Source of the DNA: a virus
Reading direction: 5' to 3' (one strand)
DNA: 64,000 nucleotides
IMG/VR virus record: IMGVR_UViG_3300036791_001436
Span: 1-64,000 of that record
Program-made: the position numbers and the translations under genes
The notes under the pieces: generated by a model
What the model was told of the DNA's origin: nothing
Seen by the model: only the letters and a program-made list of their open reading frames with translations
Database searches by the model: none
In this document: positions 29,879-39,096 of the stretch, piece after piece
Position numbering within the stretch: position 1 is the first letter of the stretch
Layout of the letters: each line of letters opens with the position of its first letter

Positions 29879-31893
29879 TGCCTATCGTTATTCCCATCAT
29901 AGCAGGGATTATTGTCGGCGCTGGCACGCTCGTTGGCGTCACTATCTCTGTCACCCTAGCCACTATGATCGCGTGGGGGCTAGTCCTAGGTGCGGCCATT
30001 GCTGCGTCGATGTTGCTGGCTCCCAAGGGGAATAAGTCGCTGTCCCAGGGGCAAGAGCTGGACGTCAAGTTGGATCCTACAATGCCCCGCCAGATAGTGG
30101 TTGGGCAGACAGCAACTGGTGGGAGTGTCATATGGGCATTCACCTACACTGACGATTCCACTCCCAATAAGTACCTGGTGCGTGTAATAGAACTGTCGGA
30201 CTACCCATGCTCAGGGTTCGTCAATGTGATGGAGGGATCGAACATCTACGGCCAGCTGCCGAATATTCTCAGCTTCGATGGGGACATCACTACAGGCTGG
30301 CACAACTGTCAACAGCACCTAGGGGCTGGCGGCGCCTACAAGATGATGGCGCGGCTGTACTTGGGGACGCTACCGACACAAGCCAAAGGGTCGATCACTC
30401 TCATAGCGAATCCCCAGCCAGGGAATACGGTCACCATCGGAGGGTCTGCGATCACCTTTGTGTCGTCGGGGGCCAGCGGGAGCGCCCAGGTGAACATTGG
30501 AGCGAACCTCGCCGCTACAGCACTGGCGCTGACATACGTGGTTGCTGCCTATGAGACCATATATGGAGTACGCCCAGTCAACGTCCCTGGCACTGGCCAG
30601 GTGAATCTGTCCGCTATGGCGGCTGGGACTCCGGGCAACGCCGTTCACCTTGCTACATCCAATCCTGGCGCGATCACCCTATCAGGGGCGACGCTGACAG
30701 GTGGTGGCAACGATGCCGTTGCAGACGCCAATCTCATTAACTGGTCTGGAGGTCAGTGGACGTCCAACCACAAAGGCTCAGGCATATGCTACTGCGCTAT
30801 GCGGTATACCTACAATACCGACGCGTTCCCAAATGGGGAACCGCAGCTGCAGTGGATCCTGCAAGGGGCTAAGATCTACGACCAGCGCCAGGATGCAACT
30901 CGAACGAATCCTACCCGTACTGGTAGCCAGCGGCTGACTGACCCAAATTCTTGGGCATACTCCGAGAACAGCGCAGTAGTCGCCCAACAGGTGATGAGAG
31001 GCTTCTACGTCAACGGCGTTCAGATCTTCGGCGCTGCGGCGCAGGACATTGACTTGCCAGATCCCATGCTGCTGGCCGCATACAACACCTGCGATATCCT
31101 TGTACCCTTACCAGTTGGCGGGTCTGAGAAGCAGTATCGCTGTGGTATAATGCTCACGGCCTCTGAGAATGTATCCCAAGACTTGCTTGAGCTGCAGTCC
31201 TCTATGGACGGGAACATCTACGACCGCTCTGGGATCATCACCATACTGCCGGGCGGGTCTCGTACTCCGCTGTTCACCCTTACGGACCAGGACGTCGTCT
31301 GGACAGAGGAGTCTTCTTGGCAGACGCTGGCCTCACTGGATACCCTCTATAATTCCGTTACTGGTTCGTACATTCCGCAATCGCAAGCATACGTTGAGAC
31401 GCCATTCCCTGTGCTACGCAATACGGCTTGGGAGACCGATGATGGCTCGCAATGTATTCCCAGGAACATCACCTACCGTGCGGTCACCTCTGATACACAG
31501 GTACAGCGGATCAACAAGAGGGTGCATGCCGGTTCACGCTTCCAGGGCACGATAGGGTTCGTGACGAACCTCAATGGTCTGCAGATGGAGCAAGGGGATT
31601 GGTTCCAGTTCACCTCGGCCAGGTGGGGGTTTGCGGGGAAGTACTTCGTTTGCACACAGGACACTCTGCTGCAGACCCTGCGCCTGGGATTCATCGGCTC
31701 GGAGATATCTCCCAACATAGACGGGTGGGTCCCTGCAATCGACTACAAGACTCCTACCGACACCGTCAGAGGGCAGACACTGCCGATCTTGTATCCAGGC
31801 GTTCCTCCATCCAACACCGTGTCCTCATCTGATGGGAGTAACCTGATCACCGACATCAACTTCACTGACCCCTTCTACTGGACTCTCTCGTAA
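29860..31893 (+). CDS. tail tip/central tail (host specificity) protein
   Basis: Motifs PRQIVVGQTATGG, GAKIYDQRQD, WAYSENSA and CDILVPL..GSEKQYRC. The start may be GTG 29878. Confidence 0.8.
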   Translation: MGGEGLVPIVIPIIAGIIVGAGTLVGVTISVTLATMIAWGLVLGAAIAASMLLAPKGNKSLSQGQELDVKLDPTMPRQIVVGQTATGGSVIWAFTYTDDSTPNKYLVRVIELSDYPCSGFVNVMEGSNIYGQLPNILSFDGDITTGWHNCQQHLGAGGAYKMMARLYLGTLPTQAKGSITLIANPQPGNTVTIGGSAITFVSSGASGSAQVNIGANLAATALALTYVVAAYETIYGVRPVNVPGTGQVNLSAMAAGTPGNAVHLATSNPGAITLSGATLTGGGNDAVADANLINWSGGQWTSNHKGSGICYCAMRYTYNTDAFPNGEPQLQWILQGAKIYDQRQDATRTNPTRTGSQRLTDPNSWAYSENSAVVAQQVMRGFYVNGVQIFGAAAQDIDLPDPMLLAAYNTCDILVPLPVGGSEKQYRCGIMLTASENVSQDLLELQSSMDGNIYDRSGIITILPGGSRTPLFTLTDQDVVWTEESSWQTLASLDTLYNSVTGSYIPQSQAYVETPFPVLRNTAWETDDGSQCIPRNITYRAVTSDTQVQRINKRVHAGSRFQGTIGFVTNLNGLQMEQGDWFQFTSARWGFAGKYFVCTQDTLLQTLRLGFIGSEISPNIDGWVPAIDYKTPTDTVRGQTLPILYPGVPPSNTVSSSDGSNLITDINFTDPFYWTLS

Positions 31894-31899
31894 CCTCCT

Positions 31900-33081
31900 A
31901 TGGGCACAGCGGCATTCTCCTCGGACACCCACGTTACGACCCAGCAGCCTAATGGGCTGGGCCTGACGAAGGCTATCCTGTTTGCCTCGACCGGAGGCTC
32001 GCAGCAGCCTGCCCAGAGCGCTCAGACTCCTGTCATGCCGATCCAGGCGCAGGCGCTGTACTACTTGTCGTCTGACTACTATGTGCTGGCAGGGTTCAAC
32101 GGGCAGACATCCATTTCAGTCGTCTGGCTGGCTCAGGACCGAACGACTGTAGTAGCAGTGAACAACGTCTTCGGAAAGGACTATCGGGGAGCACCTGCTC
32201 CAGCGGCAGCTCTCTTGGGACTACAGCAGATCCTGGCAGCGCCTGTCAATGCCGTGTATGCGGTGACGTCGTATAACTGTACTTGGCCATCTGGTGCTTC
32301 GGCGGGGAGTGCATATGCAGGGTCAGGCACTGCACCTAACGCAGCCACCGGGTCTGGGGCTGGTATGCAGTTCAACCAGACTCAGGATCCTACCACCTAC
32401 CAGAACGGTGTGGCCGGGTCATATGTGGTTCCTAATGGGGCGGTATGGACGATCCCAGGAGGTGCCTCGTATGTGCGGATCAACTCCACGTGGGTAGTGA
32501 CCTCGAACGCAATTACGATATCCCCAGGTACCATATTGTTATCGACGCACAATATCGGGGCTCTCTCATTCGCGTTCCCTCCTGGTACGGGGTATTCCCA
32601 TGCGGACGTCTACCTGTGCGGTTGTGGAGGCAATGGGTCAGGAGTGAACACTGGGTCAGGGAAGAGCTACAGCGTTGCGGATGTTGGAGGCTCTGGTGCC
32701 AGCTCGTGCATCGCTACTGGGGTTGCAGTATCACCTGGGAGTTCAACGGTCAACTACAATCTGTCTGGGATTCCTGGGTCTCCTTCAACGCTAACTGGGG
32801 CAGGTCTCAATCTCATATGCCCCTCTGGGAACAGCGCGACTTCCAGTGCAGAAGGGGCTGCGCCAGCGCCAGCTACAGGGGGGACCACCAACTGGACTGG
32901 TAGAGCCGGCGGGCTAACCAACTCCTGGGATGGTGGGGGCTGCTATGATCCCAGTGGTGCCGTTGCCGACAACGTTACCGATGGCTCTGTAGGTTCTGGG
33001 AATGGGGTGGGAGGTGCAGGTACCTACTATTCACCCTCCGCTGGAGGTCCTGCGTTCTTACAGATCATCGCCCGTGCTTAG
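31900..33081 (+). CDS. tail fibre/receptor-binding protein with a Gly-rich C-terminal domain
   Basis: Motifs VYLCGCGGNGSG and GGSGA. In the same frame as the upstream gene, across a single TAA. Confidence 0.6.
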   Translation: MGTAAFSSDTHVTTQQPNGLGLTKAILFASTGGSQQPAQSAQTPVMPIQAQALYYLSSDYYVLAGFNGQTSISVVWLAQDRTTVVAVNNVFGKDYRGAPAPAAALLGLQQILAAPVNAVYAVTSYNCTWPSGASAGSAYAGSGTAPNAATGSGAGMQFNQTQDPTTYQNGVAGSYVVPNGAVWTIPGGASYVRINSTWVVTSNAITISPGTILLSTHNIGALSFAFPPGTGYSHADVYLCGCGGNGSGVNTGSGKSYSVADVGGSGASSCIATGVAVSPGSSTVNYNLSGIPGSPSTLTGAGLNLICPSGNSATSSAEGAAPAPATGGTTNWTGRAGGLTNSWDGGGCYDPSGAVADNVTDGSVGSGNGVGGAGTYYSPSAGGPAFLQIIARA

Positions 33082-33103
33082 AGGTTAGAGGTTAGAGGCC
33101 CCC

Positions 33104-33841
33104 ATGCTGCTCAACACTGACATTCGACTTGCCCCGCACACGCAGACCGTGGAACGCTGTTCCCTTGATGAGATGATGGCTGCTCGGGACCCTGACGTGT
33201 GGCCGTGGGTGAAGAGATACCGCTATATCACAGTCGAGGAGGTGCTCGCTGACTATGACGACTCAACTACGTCATTGGAGATCAAGAATTGTGCCTCCAC
33301 TGAGTACCTTAGGGAACACGTTGGGGACAACCTGCTGGACGTGAACGAGTACATGTATTCCCATGAAGAGTGGGGTCCAATGGTGTGCACCTGGACGATG
33401 TACTTGACCTTCGCCCACAATAATGCTCGGGTCCCTGAAGACGGCTCTGGGCCCCTAATGGCTCAGTGGATCCAGCACTATATGGCTTTGGCGTTGGTCC
33501 GCTTTCATCCCTGGTCGAGAGCGCGGGGCATGGTGGAGCAGCTACTGGCGCACCAGAACATGAAGTTTGTTTCTAGGGAGGCTGCTCAGATTGTGCTGGA
33601 CTATGTAGTTCAGGGGCATCCCAATCCAGGGAGGTTTTTGTGTAAGCCGGAGGTAGCGCCCAAGTTCGTAGGGGCAGGTTGGGCTCTGGAGCAGCTAGCA
33701 GCGTTTCCCGCCCCTGACTTTCCCCCGTCTTATGATCGCAAGCCTGACAAGCCTCCTCCTGATCAGGCGGAAGGGACCCCTGTCCATGAGCTCCCTTCCT
33801 TCCCTGTTCCTTCCCATTCTTCATCGGCTAAGAGTACGTAG
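33104..33841 (+). CDS. hypothetical protein
   Basis: SD GAGG. Last gene of the + arm. No motif recognised. Confidence 0.6.
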   Translation: MLLNTDIRLAPHTQTVERCSLDEMMAARDPDVWPWVKRYRYITVEEVLADYDDSTTSLEIKNCASTEYLREHVGDNLLDVNEYMYSHEEWGPMVCTWTMYLTFAHNNARVPEDGSGPLMAQWIQHYMALALVRFHPWSRARGMVEQLLAHQNMKFVSREAAQIVLDYVVQGHPNPGRFLCKPEVAPKFVGAGWALEQLAAFPAPDFPPSYDRKPDKPPPDQAEGTPVHELPSFPVPSHSSSAKST

Positions 33842-33927
33842 GTTCGGTTCGCCCCTTTCCTTGCGTACTCCTTAGGGCAGGGCCTCCGATGGCCTCTCGG
33901 GGGTCCTGATCCCTATGCCTCTGCCCT
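33828..33927. terminator. structured region between convergent operons
   Basis: Stems CTAAG-AGTACGTA/TGCGTACT-CTTAG and AGGGCAG/CTGCCCT. Confidence 0.45.
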
Positions 33928-33955
33928 CCAGAGTTCTCCCTCCATAGGGTGAGGG

Positions 33956-33983
33956 TCCGGCCTCTCCCTATCTATTCCGTTGC
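33956..33983. repeat. 28-bp dispersed repeat, copy 1
   Basis: TCCGGCCTCTCCCTATCTATTCCGTTGC, 27/28 identical to 59506-59533. Confidence 0.85.
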
Positions 33984-33990
33984 TGTAACG

Positions 33991-34479
33991 CTAACCGAAC
34001 TCCCAAGGGAAGACGACCCAATTATTCGGTATCTCGGTACCAGGGAACGAGATCGGAGGGCGGTGCCCCTTGTAGAACATCACCGCAGTAGTGGCTTCAG
34101 GGAGTAGCCAGCGCGCCCAGGTCATAGTGCGCCCTGTATCCCAGAGGTCGTCGACGATCAGCGAGTCCGGGTTGTTGTACTTGGCTCGGTATTCTGGCAG
34201 AGTCATCTGCGGGCGCGGGAGCAGCTCCCCTAGTCGACGACCGTCCTTATACCCCATTACCCGAACGGATTCAAGGTTGGTCACGTTGAACCTATGGCTG
34301 AGCAGAAGGCCAGCGAACCACCCACCACGCCCTATAGCGAGCAATCGGTCAGGCTTGTACTTGTGCTCAAGCATAACCCTATGCAGGTGATTGACCGCTA
34401 GCTCCGCGGTCGCCCAACTGACGTATACCTTAGGTGCCGGCTCAGGAGCGACCGCGCGTGAGTTAAGCTCTGACGGCAT
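33991..34479 (-). CDS. purine (xanthine/guanine-type) phosphoribosyltransferase
   Basis: Motifs AIGRGG, PRPP-binding LIVDDLWDTGRT and C-terminal WVVFPWE. Start ATG 34479 with SD AAGGAG. Confidence 0.85.
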   Translation of the reverse strand: MPSELNSRAVAPEPAPKVYVSWATAELAVNHLHRVMLEHKYKPDRLLAIGRGGWFAGLLLSHRFNVTNLESVRVMGYKDGRRLGELLPRPQMTLPEYRAKYNNPDSLIVDDLWDTGRTMTWARWLLPEATTAVMFYKGHRPPISFPGTEIPNNWVVFPWEFG

Positions 34480-35209
34480 CGAAGAACTCCTTCCGCAGAG
34501 GCGGGTTGGTGAGGAATCGTCCGCCACAGCGGTCGGTGACAGTCTTGGAGTTTTGCTGTTGAGCGCCCCTGGCCTTCATGCACATGTGCGTTGCCTTGAT
34601 GCACACAGCGATGTCCGTGGTGCCGAGGATGTATGCCAGCGCCTCGTAGATCTGTGCAGTCAGACGTTCCTGCACTTGAGGGCGCCGAGCGAAGAACTCT
34701 GCCACACGGGCGAACTTGGATAGGCCGAGGAGTTTGCGGTTGGGAATGTAGGCGATGTGCGCCACCCCGTCAATAGGCATCAGGTGATGCTCGCATAGAC
34801 TCATGATCTGGATATCCTGCACCAGCACCATCTGGTCGTAGGCGCCGTGTGCTTCCTCTGGGGGAGGGGCGTTACTGCCGGTCCCTGTAGCGGCGGGGAC
34901 TAGTACGGGCCGAAGCACACCATTCGGCACCACCGTGCACTCAGGGAAGCGTTCGTAATCCAGGCCGGCACAGAACTCCTCAATGAACATCTTCGCATAC
35001 CGGGCCGGTGTACGCATTAGGGAAGGATTGGTCAGGTCCAGCCCAAGATGGTTCAGGGCGATGCACAAGGACTCTTCGATGTAGGACTCTGCCAGTTTGA
35101 AGTCCGGGTCGTCCTTGAGAGGGGTCTCGAACCCCATCTTGACAAGGTGTTTGCGGACCTCCTCGCCTAGGGCGGGGTTGGTGATGTACTCGCTACCGAG
35201 TCGTGCCAT
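34463..35209 (-). CDS. folE: GTP cyclohydrolase I
   Basis: Motifs TPARYAKM, SLCEHHLMP, GLSKFAR, RPQVQERLT and HMCMKARG. Confidence 0.95.
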   Translation of the reverse strand: MARLGSEYITNPALGEEVRKHLVKMGFETPLKDDPDFKLAESYIEESLCIALNHLGLDLTNPSLMRTPARYAKMFIEEFCAGLDYERFPECTVVPNGVLRPVLVPAATGTGSNAPPPEEAHGAYDQMVLVQDIQIMSLCEHHLMPIDGVAHIAYIPNRKLLGLSKFARVAEFFARRPQVQERLTAQIYEALAYILGTTDIAVCIKATHMCMKARGAQQQNSKTVTDRCGGRFLTNPPLRKEFFDAVRA

Positions 35210-35492
35210 TCGTAGCCTCTGCCTGCTTGCGTTGCGCCATTTGGTCCATCTTGCGGCGGCGCTTGATTTCCCTGCGGACGAACCATAGAGCTTTCTCTAG
35301 GTCTTCGTACGGGCAAGGGTGCTTCTCGTCACACCGCCAGAGGTATTGCATGGCGCTGCCGATGTTGAACGGCATGTGCTCGACTATCTCGATGCACTCT
35401 ACGCCCGAGGGGTGATGGTTGTAATGAGGCGGGTGGTTGATCATATCTACCACCGCAGGCTCGTGTTCACGTGGAACGACTGTCATTGACAT
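35193..35492 (-). CDS. DUF3310 family protein (T7 gp1.7 nucleotide-kinase-like)
   Basis: Motif DMINHPPHY..GVECIEIV..FNIGSAMQYLWR..EDLEKALWF. Confidence 0.8.
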   Translation of the reverse strand: MSMTVVPREHEPAVVDMINHPPHYNHHPSGVECIEIVEHMPFNIGSAMQYLWRCDEKHPCPYEDLEKALWFVRREIKRRRKMDQMAQRKQAEATNGTTR

Positions 35493-37933
35493 GTGCTATA
35501 TCCGCATCCCTTACAGATCATGCATCCCGATTCAGAGACGTACTTGTATTCGTAGCACTTCGGGCACTGCTGGACCATCGCTGCCAGTATGCGCGCCTCG
35601 ACTGCACTGAAGTCCATGTCGATAAGCCGAGGCTTAGAAGGGCTCAGGGGCACCACCTTATGTTCCGGAGGCTCTGTAGCTGGCTGGTACAGAGGATCGA
35701 ACGGAGGGGTCATCTGCTCCAGCTTCGAGCCGATGTAGGCGACTAGACTGGGATAGTACTGGCCTTCTGCCCATGCCCCTTCCAAGCTGCTTAGCTGCTT
35801 CAGTTCCTTTGCCAGGTCTTCAAGGGTGAACCCGTACCGGAGTACTAAGCTCATGAGTAGGGAGGTAGTGGTCGTCCACTCCATGCTGCGCTGGTCTTTG
35901 GAGTTGAAGAATATCTCCCAGGGAGTTCCATCCGGAAGATAGTTGATCGTCAGGTAGAGGGCGGAGTTGAGGTTTGGCCAGCGGAGCTTGATTGTTCGGC
36001 CGACGAGCATTTCACTTCGCTCACGGCTGCCATTCCCGTTCGTGCCATTCTCTTGGTGCGGAGTCTCGTCAGGCGTCTCACCAGCCCGGGAGAGAATCGC
36101 TCCACGCACATCGCTAGGGCGATAAGTTGTACAGCCTTTGCAGCCGGCGTCATACGCGAGGGAGTAGACATTGCGGAACTCCTCAAACGTGGTCTCCTTG
36201 GGGAGGTTGATAGTCTTGCTGATGCTTGCGTCGATCCACTTCTGGCAGACTTCCTGCATCCGAATGTGTTCGTGGATCGCCACATCCTCTGCCGTGTTCA
36301 TATGGCGAGGGAGCTCGTCGTCGGGGTGCAGAGAATGCCAAAGCTTGGCAGCGTAGGAGTACTCGGTATAGGGTTTGTAGCTACCATCACCCTGCAGGAC
36401 GTTCCTCTGCATCTCGTGGGCGAACGTTGGCTCGAGCCCGCCGTCGATGTTGCCGTAGGCGATTGAGGTAGTGCCCGTTGGAGCGACGGTTAGGAGCACC
36501 CCATTCCGCAGACCGCGCTCCCGGATCCTATCTTGTAGGGTGTGGGGCAACATGGTGCCAGCGAACCCTTCGAAGAACTGCTCCGCAGAGAACTTCGGGA
36601 ATGGGTCCCGCTCGATGGAGAGTTCCACCGACGTCTCGTATGCAGTGATGCAGAGGGTCTGGATGATCTGCTCTGCCAGCTGGAAGCTGCGCACACTTCC
36701 GTAGCGGGTCCCCATCTGGGCGAATGCGTCGCCGAGACCAGCAACTCCGAGTCCCAAGCGGCGCTTGGCGATCTCTTCTTCACGTTGCTGTGGGAGTGGG
36801 TAGTTTGTGACGTCGATCACGTTGTCGAGGAATCTGGTGCCGATCCGTGCGACGGTCTTCAGGAGCTCGAAGTCGAAGTAGGCGTCGTCGGTGAATGGCT
36901 TCTGCACCATCCTGGATAGGTTCACCGCACCTAGGTTGCACGTACCGTGTGGCGGTAGCGGTTGCTCGCCGCAAGGGTTCGTACAGTGGATGTACTCGCA
37001 GTACTGCAGGTTGTTGAGGTCGTTGATGCGATCAATGAAGATGACACCGGGCTCTGCGTATTCATAGGTTGACTGAAGAATTTGATCCCAGAGATCTCGG
37101 GCTCGGTGGACTGCGTACACGTACTGCTTGAGTCCTGTCTCGTCTTCGTCCCAGTCCAGGTCGATCAACTTGCGAGGGCGCTCGAATGCAGGGGGAACGT
37201 CGAAATGTAGGTACCAGTCTTCGTCCTCTTCGATTGCTCCCATGAAGGCGTCGGAGATCAGGACGGACACGTTGAAGTTGGTCAGCCGACCCTTCTCATG
37301 CTTGGCGGTAACGAACTTCAGGAGGTCAGGGTGGGTGTCGCTGATGGTCGCCATCATGGCGCCGCGACGGTCTCCAGCGGACTTGACAGTTGAACATGCA
37401 GAATTCCAGGTATCCATAAAAGGAAGTGGACCTGATGCAACTGACCCCGTCCGTCTGAGAATGGCACCGGAAGGACGTAGCGTGGAGAAGTCAGTGCCGA
37501 TGCCGCCGCCTTGCTGCCCAGTGAGCATGATATGCTTGAGCGCATCTGCAATGAACTCCATGCTGTCTTCAATGCGGTCGTTGACGTAGCAGTTCATCAA
37601 GGTGACTACCTTGGCAGTGCCGGCGCCAGCCAGGATACGGCCGCCAGGCATCCAGAGGTAGTTCTTCATCGCCACTTCGGCGAGGTCTCGGTTCTTGGAA
37701 CCGATGTCACTCAGGTCCTTGACGTAGATCCCGGACACTACTCGCGAGCACAGATCGTCCCAGGTCTCGATGCCGTAAGCGTACTTGCTCTTGAATATGT
37801 CGGCGACCAGGGGGCTGGAGTAGATGTCGAAGGAGTCGTGCTCCTTCGGGCGCTGGGAGAGGGTGTTGCGTTCTGCTTCGAACCACTCTGCCGAATTGTA
37901 TTCAGGGGCTGGGGCTGGCTTACGGAGGGCCAT
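35483..37933 (-). CDS. nrdJ: class II (B12-dependent) ribonucleotide reductase
   Basis: Motifs PGGRIL, NCYV, GGGIG, TNPCGEQPL, CNLG and VAPTGT. TSCPD-like domain and a C-terminal Cys ribbon. No beta-subunit gene seen. Confidence 0.9.
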   Translation of the reverse strand: MALRKPAPAPEYNSAEWFEAERNTLSQRPKEHDSFDIYSSPLVADIFKSKYAYGIETWDDLCSRVVSGIYVKDLSDIGSKNRDLAEVAMKNYLWMPGGRILAGAGTAKVVTLMNCYVNDRIEDSMEFIADALKHIMLTGQQGGGIGTDFSTLRPSGAILRRTGSVASGPLPFMDTWNSACSTVKSAGDRRGAMMATISDTHPDLLKFVTAKHEKGRLTNFNVSVLISDAFMGAIEEDEDWYLHFDVPPAFERPRKLIDLDWDEDETGLKQYVYAVHRARDLWDQILQSTYEYAEPGVIFIDRINDLNNLQYCEYIHCTNPCGEQPLPPHGTCNLGAVNLSRMVQKPFTDDAYFDFELLKTVARIGTRFLDNVIDVTNYPLPQQREEEIAKRRLGLGVAGLGDAFAQMGTRYGSVRSFQLAEQIIQTLCITAYETSVELSIERDPFPKFSAEQFFEGFAGTMLPHTLQDRIRERGLRNGVLLTVAPTGTTSIAYGNIDGGLEPTFAHEMQRNVLQGDGSYKPYTEYSYAAKLWHSLHPDDELPRHMNTAEDVAIHEHIRMQEVCQKWIDASISKTINLPKETTFEEFRNVYSLAYDAGCKGCTTYRPSDVRGAILSRAGETPDETPHQENGTNGNGSRERSEMLVGRTIKLRWPNLNSALYLTINYLPDGTPWEIFFNSKDQRSMEWTTTTSLLMSLVLRYGFTLEDLAKELKQLSSLEGAWAEGQYYPSLVAYIGSKLEQMTPPFDPLYQPATEPPEHKVVPLSPSKPRLIDMDFSAVEARILAAMVQQCPKCYEYKYVSESGCMICKGCGYSTCQ

Positions 37934-37941
37934 CGGTACCT

Positions 37942-38280
37942 CTACTGTGCGACGCGTTCAATCTCTGTGAAGGTATCCGTCTGCGGACGGATCGGCGGTG
38001 CAGTGCGGATCAGAGCGCGAAGGGTTACCACCTCGCATAGAGTATGGCCCTTCTTGCGGTGGCCACCCATCACCACGCGATCCATGAGCGTTGCCGCTCG
38101 ATCTGCGAGTCGTGGGCTGATCGAGAACTGCCCAAGGTTCTTGATGGCGGTTATCAGCACCCCTACGGTGAGTGCCCCGCTCCCGCGGAAGTATGCGTGC
38201 GACAGGATCCAGAATTGGGTAGTGGCCTGTTCGTTGGATTCTGGGTCATAGGCGGGCTTCGGTTGTAGTGACTTTATCAT
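37942..38280 (-). CDS. hypothetical protein
   Basis: Fills the gap upstream of nrdJ. SD GGGGA. Confidence 0.5.
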   Translation of the reverse strand: MIKSLQPKPAYDPESNEQATTQFWILSHAYFRGSGALTVGVLITAIKNLGQFSISPRLADRAATLMDRVVMGGHRKKGHTLCEVVTLRALIRTAPPIRPQTDTFTEIERVAQ

Positions 38281-38310
38281 TGTTGGTCTTCCCCTATCCT
38301 CAACGAGGAT

Positions 38311-38344
38311 GAGCCCCCAGCCAGCGGTACCTGACTGAGGGCTC
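38311..38344 (-). terminator. hairpin downstream of the Pro-rich gene
   Basis: GAGCCCTCAGTCAG/CTGGCTGGGGGCTC stem on the minus strand. The U-tail is weak. Confidence 0.4.
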
Positions 38345-38414
38345 CCCTTGTGTCACCTCGCGGATGTGTGCCGGCTTACAGGCACCGCAAGGCTTAGCAA
38401 GTCTGCGTTACCCG

Positions 38415-38921
38415 CTATGCCTTCGGCTGCGGGAGATCGGCCGGATGCGTTGGATGCGAGTCGGCGTCGATCACCACCCAGCGGAAGCCGACATAGGGGA
38501 TGTAGACGAGGATCATGACGTCGCCCTGCACCCCTCCGAGCGGCGGCCACACGGTGCCAGGCGGCAGCGCGATGGGATGCTCCGGCGTTCCCGTGACAAC
38601 CGGCGGCAGCGTGTTGTCCACGTGCGGCGGTGCTTCACCTCCCCAGATCCCCGGGGGAGGCGGAGGGAGAGTGTTGTCGGGCCCGACAGGCGGCGGCCAG
38701 AGACCCACAGCCGGCGGCAGTCCCTGATCCGGATGGGGAGGCGGAGCACCACCCCAGATCCCCGGAGGCGCTCCACCTGGGGCGATCGGGTGGCTCGGTG
38801 CCCCTGGACCCGGCCAGACGCTCGGCGGAGAACCGCCAGGTGCAATGGGGTGGGTAGGCGTTCCGCCTCCGCCACCGCTGTGTGCCAACGGTGTGATCAG
38901 GGCGAGGAAGGGTTCAGACAT
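38415..38921 (-). CDS. Pro/Gly-rich repeat protein
   Basis: Repeats PxHPIA, PPGIWGG and (P/V)DNTLP. SD AGGAG. Has its own promoter. Confidence 0.75.
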   Translation of the reverse strand: MSEPFLALITPLAHSGGGGGTPTHPIAPGGSPPSVWPGPGAPSHPIAPGGAPPGIWGGAPPPHPDQGLPPAVGLWPPPVGPDNTLPPPPPGIWGGEAPPHVDNTLPPVVTGTPEHPIALPPGTVWPPLGGVQGDVMILVYIPYVGFRWVVIDADSHPTHPADLPQPKA

Positions 38922-39016
38922 AACTTCTACTCTCTCCTAAGTAGTGGCGTCTGCCACGGTTGAACGCACTTGTCTCGCCCCCGCCGTACTCTTCGGTCTC
39001 ACTATATGCTATAAGT

Positions 39017-39045
39017 ATTATATAGCATACTAGCGAAGGAATCAA
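39017..39045 (-). promoter_or_regulatory. sigma70-type promoter
   Basis: TTGATT-N17-TATAAT. Confidence 0.8.
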
Positions 39046-39096
39046 GAGGCAAAATGATGGGCGCCCCAATTTACTTTTGGCTCAGTCTTAGCCCTC

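Noticed and set aside
33841-33990. tRNA or known ncRNA in the convergent intergenic gap
   Set aside because: Stems are present, but there is no cloverleaf with D/T-loop consensus. Treated as a terminator-like region.
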